A stretch of 46,469 nt of DNA from an uncultured cyanobacterium (GTDB taxonomy: Bacteria > Cyanobacteriota > Cyanobacteriia > CAKZMO01). The position numbers were made by a program, and so were the translations under genes. Positions 40,983-46,469 of the stretch are shown piece by piece. The notes beneath the pieces were generated by a model, which worked only from the letters and a program-made list of their open reading frames with translations, made no database searches and was not told the origin of the DNA. Position 1 is the stretch's first letter. Every line of letters begins with the position of its first letter. The DNA is taken from contig CAVRCJ010000002.1 of assembly GCA_963719515.1 (NCBI GenBank), positions 1-46,469 on the forward strand. The letters are read 5' to 3'.

Positions 40983-42092
40983 ATGGCTGAGTCCTACATG
41001 TTGGAAAAGCTCAAGTCTGTAGAGCAGACGTTTGAGGAGCTGACGCGACGTTTGGCAGATCCAGATGTGGCCTCAAACCCAGCCGAGTTTCAGCAGATTG
41101 CGACGGCGCGGGCTTCTTTGGAGGAGACCGTAATCACCTTCAACGAGTGGAAAGCGTCCGAAGAGGAGCTGACCGGAGCGCAAGAGGTGCTCAAAGAGGC
41201 CTCAAGCGACCCTGAGCTGCGCCAAATGGCAGACCTAGAGGTGAAAGAGCTTGAGGCTCGCATTGAGCAGCTCGAAGACCGCCTCAAGCTGCTGCTGCTG
41301 CCCCGCGACCCCAACGACGACAAAAACATCATGCTGGAGATTCGCGCCGGCACGGGGGGCGACGAAGCCGGGATTTGGGCTGGCGACTTGGTGCGCATGT
41401 ATTCTCGCTACGCCGAGGGCCAAAGCTGGCAGGTGAAGCTCGTGAGCGAGTCGACGGCAGACATGGGCGGCTTCAAAGAAGCCATTCTGGAAATTCGCGG
41501 CGACCAGGTCTACAGCAAGCTTAAGTTTGAAGCGGGCGTGCATCGGGTGCAGCGAGTGCCCCTGACTGAAGGCGGTGGCCGGGTCCATACCTCTACCGCG
41601 ACGGTGGCCGTAATGCCTGAGGTGGACGACGTTGAGGTGCATATCGACGCGAAGGACATCGACATGAGCACGGCGCGTTCGGGCGGCGCGGGGGGGCAGA
41701 ACGTCAACAAGGTAGAGACGGCAGTTGACCTGTTCCACAAGCCCACCGGCATCCGCATCTTTTGTACCGAAGAGCGATCGCAGCTGCAAAACCGGGAGCG
41801 AGCCATGCAGATTTTGCGGGCGAAGCTCTACGAACTTCAGCTTCAAGAGCAGCAGGCCGAGATTACTTCTCGGCGGCGATCGCAGGTGGGAACAGGATCA
41901 CGCTCCGAGAAAATTCGCACCTACAACTACAAGGACAACCGCGCTACAGACCACCGGCTGGGGGAGAACTACACCCTCACCAGCATTCTAGAAGGTGAGA
42001 TCGACCCCGTTATTCAAGCCTGCATTTCCCAAGACCAGCAGGAGCAGCTCCAGGAGCTGGCGGCCTCTTCCACCTCACCTTCAGCGGTCTAG
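40983..42092 (+). CDS. prfA: Peptide chain release factor 1
   Basis: [11 protein letters not shown], PxT motif (RVPLTE), [12 protein letters not shown]. Confidence 0.97.
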   Translation: MAESYMLEKLKSVEQTFEELTRRLADPDVASNPAEFQQIATARASLEETVITFNEWKASEEELTGAQEVLKEASSDPELRQMADLEVKELEARIEQLEDRLKLLLLPRDPNDDKNIMLEIRAGTGGDEAGIWAGDLVRMYSRYAEGQSWQVKLVSESTADMGGFKEAILEIRGDQVYSKLKFEAGVHRVQRVPLTEGGGRVHTSTATVAVMPEVDDVEVHIDAKDIDMSTARSGGAGGQNVNKVETAVDLFHKPTGIRIFCTEERSQLQNRERAMQILRAKLYELQLQEQQAEITSRRRSQVGTGSRSEKIRTYNYKDNRATDHRLGENYTLTSILEGEIDPVIQACISQDQQEQLQELAASSTSPSAV

Positions 42093-42125
42093 CCCTTCCA
42101 CCCCCACCTTCACCTCAAACAAGCC

Positions 42126-43380
42126 ATGGCGCGTTTTCTCCACATCGCCGACATTCACCTGGGGTTCAACCGCTACGACTGCCGAGCGCACAAAGACTTT
42201 TTTTACACCCTCTACGATGTGCTGAAGATTCACGCCGTCGAGGCCCAGGTTGACTTTGTGGCGATCGCCGGGGACCTCTTCGAGCACCGCAATATTCAGC
42301 CCGCCACCCTCAACCAGGCGCAAAAATGTTTGCGCTTGCTTCAGGATGCCGATATCCCCGCCGTTGCTATCGAGGGTAATCACGACAACCGTCCCTACGG
42401 CACTAACACCAACTGGCTGCGCTACTTAGCCGACTGGGGGCTGCTAATTCTGCTAGAGCCGACGGAAGATGGAGAAACCATCTACGAGCCCTGGGCCCCC
42501 CAGACTCGGCGCGGCGGCTACATTGACTTAAGCTGCGGCGTCAGGGTTTTGGGAAGCCACTGGTACGGCGCTGCCGCCCCCAACGCTATTGGGAAGCTGG
42601 CAGAGGCGATCGCCCAGCTTCCCAAAACCGTAGACCACACCGTGATGCTGTTTCATCATGGATTGGAGGGCCAGGTGGCTCGCTACGCCGGAGCTCTGCG
42701 CTACGGTGACCTCGCGCCCCTCAAGCAAGCGGGGGTCGACTACCTGGCTTTCGGCCACATTCATAAGCAGTACTGCGCCGAAAATTGGATACTCGATCCC
42801 GGCTCTTTAGAGGCCAACAGTATTGAGGAGAGCGGTTATACTCGCGGCGCTTACGCAGTTGAGCTGAATTCAGAAGGGATCAGGCGGAGCTCTCGGCGCA
42901 ACTACCGGCAGCGAGCCATCGTCAGATTGCAGCTGCAAACGCGGGGCAAAGAAACCGCTGACGATTTGGTCGAAGCCGCCCAGATTTTAGTGAAGGCGGC
43001 GATCGCAGACGGCAAGCTTGATCCCCAGCAGCAGCCAATCACCGAGCTGCGCATAGAAGGCGCTGTGGGCTTTGATCCCCTGGAGCTAGACGTGCGCCAG
43101 CTCCAGCAGCAGCTCCAGGAAGCCAGCCAGTCCCTAATCTTTTTGCTGCGCTACAGCGTCGATGCGATCGCTTACCACACCCCCCTGCCCGATGGCGATC
43201 GGCTGCAGGATTGAGCAAGAGACCTACCGAGATTTGGTGACGGCCCACAACAGCTATAAGCGGCAGGCCGACCGCCTTGTAACCGGTTTAGTAGGGCTAC
43301 AGGAACTGACCTTGGAGGACCGCCCTGACGACGAACTTTACCAATTTTTGGACCAGCTGCTAGAGCAGCCCAGCGCTTAG
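42126..43380 (+). CDS. sbcD: SbcD/Mre11-like DNA repair exonuclease (metallophosphoesterase); +1 frameshift near 43209 and further probable indels
   Basis: ADIHLG, AGDLF, GNHD, HHG and GHIH motifs. The C-terminus continues in another frame (IEQETYRDL...EQPSA*, stop 43380). Confidence 0.8.
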
Positions 43381-43475
43381 CTCGGCTGAGTCGAGCCGGT
43401 TGCCAAAATCATCATCTCGAAATGTTAAGCTGAACCCAAGTTTGGTGAAAAATAGCGGTGGGTAGAGGGTCGAGC

Positions 43476-45180
43476 ATGCTGCGGTTAGAGAGCATTAGTA
43501 AAATTTATCCCACTGGCGAAGTCCTTAAGGACGTAAATTGGGAAGTTACTCCAGGAAATCGGGTTGGGCTTGTGGGCGCTAACGGTGCGGGCAAATCCAC
43601 GCAGCTGCGCATTATCACCGGGGAAGAAGAGCCCACATCGGGGGAAATTATTCGCCCCAGCCAGCTGAGAATCGCCTACCTGACCCAAGAGTTTGACGTC
43701 GATCTTGAGAAGACAGTGCGCTCAGAGCTGTGGACTGTCTTTAAGCGGGCCAACCAAATTCAAGAGGGGATGGCCGACGTCCAGGTCCGCATGGAGCAGG
43801 CGGATATGAACGAGCTAGACGATTTAATTCACCAACTCGACCGGCTGCAGCAGGAGTTGAGGCGCTCAATGGCTACGGCTTAGAGGCCCGCATCGAGAAG
43901 ATACTGCCCGAAGTAGGGTTTGCTCCTGGCGCTGGGGATCAGCTCGTGGGCTCCTTTAGTGGCGGCTGGCAGATGCGCATCAGCTTGGCTAAAATCCTGC
44001 TGCAGGAGCCCGATATTCTGCTGCTGGACGAGCCTACCAACCATCTAGATATTGCTACCGTTGAATGGCTAGAAGGCTACCTAAAAAGCTTGACCACCCC
44101 TATGGTGGTCATCTCCCACGACCGTGAATTTCTCAATCGCCTCTGCACGCAGATTGTGGAAACGGAGCGGGGAGTCACCACCACCTATCTCGGCAACTAC
44201 AGCCGCTACATTGAGCAAAAGCAGGAGCTGCGCCAGGCCCAGCTGAGCACCTACGAGCGTCAAGGAAAAGAGCTGGCCAAGCAGCAGGCCTTTGTCGAAA
44301 AGTTTCGCGCCAGCGCCACCCGCAGTACCCAGGCGAAAAGCCGCGAAAAGCAGCTAGAGAAGATCGAGCGGGTTGAGGCTCCTGTGGGCGATGTCAAGTC
44401 CCTGCGGTTCCGCTTTCCCCCCTCACCGCGCAGCGGGCGTGAGGTGGTGACGATTGAGGATATGACCCACCTTTATGACGACAAGATTTTATTCTTAGGG
44501 GCTAGCCTGCTGATCGAGCGGGGCGATCGCATTGCCATTCTCGACCCCCGACGGCACGGGAAAATCGACATTGCTGCGGCTGATCATGGGCATTGAGACG
44601 CCGGCTGAAGGCACCGCCAAGATCGGGGAGCACAACGTTATCGCAGGCTACTTCGAGCAAAACCAGGCGGAAGCGCTAAACCTAGATAAAACCGTCTTGA
44701 GTACTACTCACGACGAAGTGCCCGACTGGCTAGACCGCGACGTTCGCAGCCTTCTAGGGCAGTTCCTATTTAGCAAAGACACGGTCCAAAAGCGCGTCGA
44801 GGCCTTGAGCGGCGGCGGAGAAAGCGCGGCTCGCCCTAGCTAAAATGCTGCTGCAGCCGACGAATTTACTGGTTCTTGACGAACCGACCAATCACCTTGA
44901 TATTTCTGCAAAGGAGATGCTGGAAGAAGCAATCCAGCACTACGATGGGAGCGTAGTCGTCGTATCTCACGATCGCTACTTTATTTCAAAGATTGCCAAC
45001 AAGATAGTCGAAATCAGGGACGGTGACTTTCGCATCTATCGGGGTGGGTATCAATACTATCTAGACAAAATCGCTGAAGAGAGAGAGCGTGCGAGGTTAG
45101 AGGCGCTTGAAGCGCAAAAGGCACAAAAGACCGCCGCGAAACGGGAAAAGCAGCGGCAGAAAAAAGCCTCTAAAAAATAA
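43476..45180 (+). pseudogene. ABC-F family ATPase split by three frameshifts (probably sequence errors)
   Basis: GANGAGKST, FSGGWQMR, LDEPTNHLD twice and an inter-domain linker; frame breaks at about 43857, 44548 and 44817. Confidence 0.85.
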
Positions 45181-45467
45181 GGTGTATCAGCCTTTCTTAC
45201 GTTGACATTACGATTGTGCTGGGATAAGCGAGATCTTCTGCTAATATCCAGTTATCTCTACCGACGTCAAGAGCTAGGTCTTCAAGCACTGAAGCTTTGA
45301 GTAAGTTGCAGCTGGAGCTAGAGGCTGACAGGGGTGCGGGGGTGCAAGGAACTGCAGGCTGCGCCAGAGCAAGCTTCTCAATATCGAGCAGTTCTCACCC
45401 TACTGAGCCCCGTTGCAACGTTTGGTATCATTGCTAAAACATTAAATCTAGAGAAGGGCCACCTGAT

Positions 45468-46469
45468 ATGGCACAAGCGCCAGTTTCTCCTGTTGTTTTG
45501 ATCATTCTAGATGGCTGGGGACATCGGGAAGATACGCAGGCTAATTCGATTAAAGCGGCTCACACCCCAGTGAGCGATAGCCTTTGGGAAGCGTATCCCC
45601 ACACCTTAGTCAATACGTCAGGTAAAGATGTCGGTTTACCTGATGGCCAGATGGGAAACTCGGAGGTCGGCCACCTCAATATTGGAGCCGGCCGCGTCGT
45701 TCCTCAAGAACTCGTACGCATTTCTGATGCCGTTGAAGACGGCTCTATCCTGATAACAAAGCCCTTTTAAATATGCAGTAAGGATTTCGCCAAACCGGTG
45801 GAACGCTTCACTTAATTGGTTTGTGCTCCGACGGCGGCGTCCATGCGCACATTAACCATATTGGAGGACTCCTTCAGCTTGCGAAAGCGCAGCAGCTGCC
45901 AGCGATGTCTGTATTCACGCCATCACCGACGGGCAGAACACTAAGCCCACTTCAGGGATAGAAAACATTGAGAGGCTTGAGGATATCATCCAGTCGGTAG
46001 GCGTGGGTCATATTGCCACCGTCAGCGGACGCTATTACGCAATGGACCGCGATCGCCGCTGGGATCGCATTGAAAAGGTTTACTCCGTATTGACGACCGA
46101 CGACAGCAGCGGTCAGTCGGCGGTCGAGGTGATGAAAGCCTCTTACGACGAGGGCATTACCGATGAGTTTGTGCTGCCGACTCGAATTACGCCAGGGGCC
46201 ATCAAGGCAGGCGATGGCGTCATCTTCTTCAACTTTCGGCCTGACCGAGCTCGTCAGCTGACCCAGGCTTTTGTCGACCCCAACTTCGACGGGTTCGAGC
46301 GAGAAATTGTTGAGTCCTTAGCCTTTGCGACCTTTACCCAGTATGATCCATCGCTATCGGTAGAGGTGGCTTTCATGCCGCAAAACCTGGACAATATTTT
46401 GGGCCAGGTGATCGCAAACCACGGACTACTGCAGTACCGCGCAGCCGAAACGGAGAAATACGCCCACGT
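45468..46469 (+). pseudogene. gpmI: 2,3-bisphosphoglycerate-independent phosphoglycerate mutase; frameshifted (probably sequence errors) and running off the window end
   Basis: ILDGWG and [14 protein letters not shown]; in other frames [32 protein letters not shown] and AETEKYAHV. Breaks at about 45750-45790 and 45900. Confidence 0.9.

Noticed and set aside
43840..44850. Programmed ribosomal frameshifting in the ABC-F gene
   Set aside because: Three shifts in different directions, plus substitutions in Walker A and similar damage in both neighbouring genes, point to sequence error.
1..46469. High density of GCGATCGC
   Set aside because: This is the known cyanobacterial HIP1 repeat; it was used only as a taxonomic clue.

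Overview
Chromosomal region of a cyanobacterium, judged from the abundant HIP1 octamer GCGATCGC, ndhN, an NtcA box and the cyanobacterial order of ribosomal protein genes. 1-5.9 kb: two large surface proteins, a 5'-truncated VCBS/cadherin + TSP3-like + RTX Ca-binding protein and a predicted inverse-autotransporter-like beta-barrel/beta-helix protein. 5.9-24.4 kb: mixed housekeeping genes (PBP1A, tyrS, short recQ, FHA protein, fructosamine kinase, comEC, tRNA-Ser(CGA), ABC ATPase, GH13, TRAP solute-binding protein, amt, 1-Cys peroxiredoxin, ndhN). 25-42 kb: the rplC...secY-infA-rpmJ-rpsM-rpsK-rpoA-rplQ-truA-rplM-rpsI-rpmE-prfA cluster. After about 42.1 kb the sbcD-like, ABC-F and gpmI genes carry several indels that look like sequencing/assembly errors. 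I see no CRISPR array, transposase, integrase, prophage or defence system, and cannot support a clearly new multi-gene system. The best leads are (i) an FHA gene bracketed by a diverged 48-bp duplicate of the recQ 5' coding sequence, resembling an integration scar, (ii) a ~510-nt structured leader in front of rplC, (iii) absence of adk from the secY-infA junction, and (iv) the paired surface proteins.
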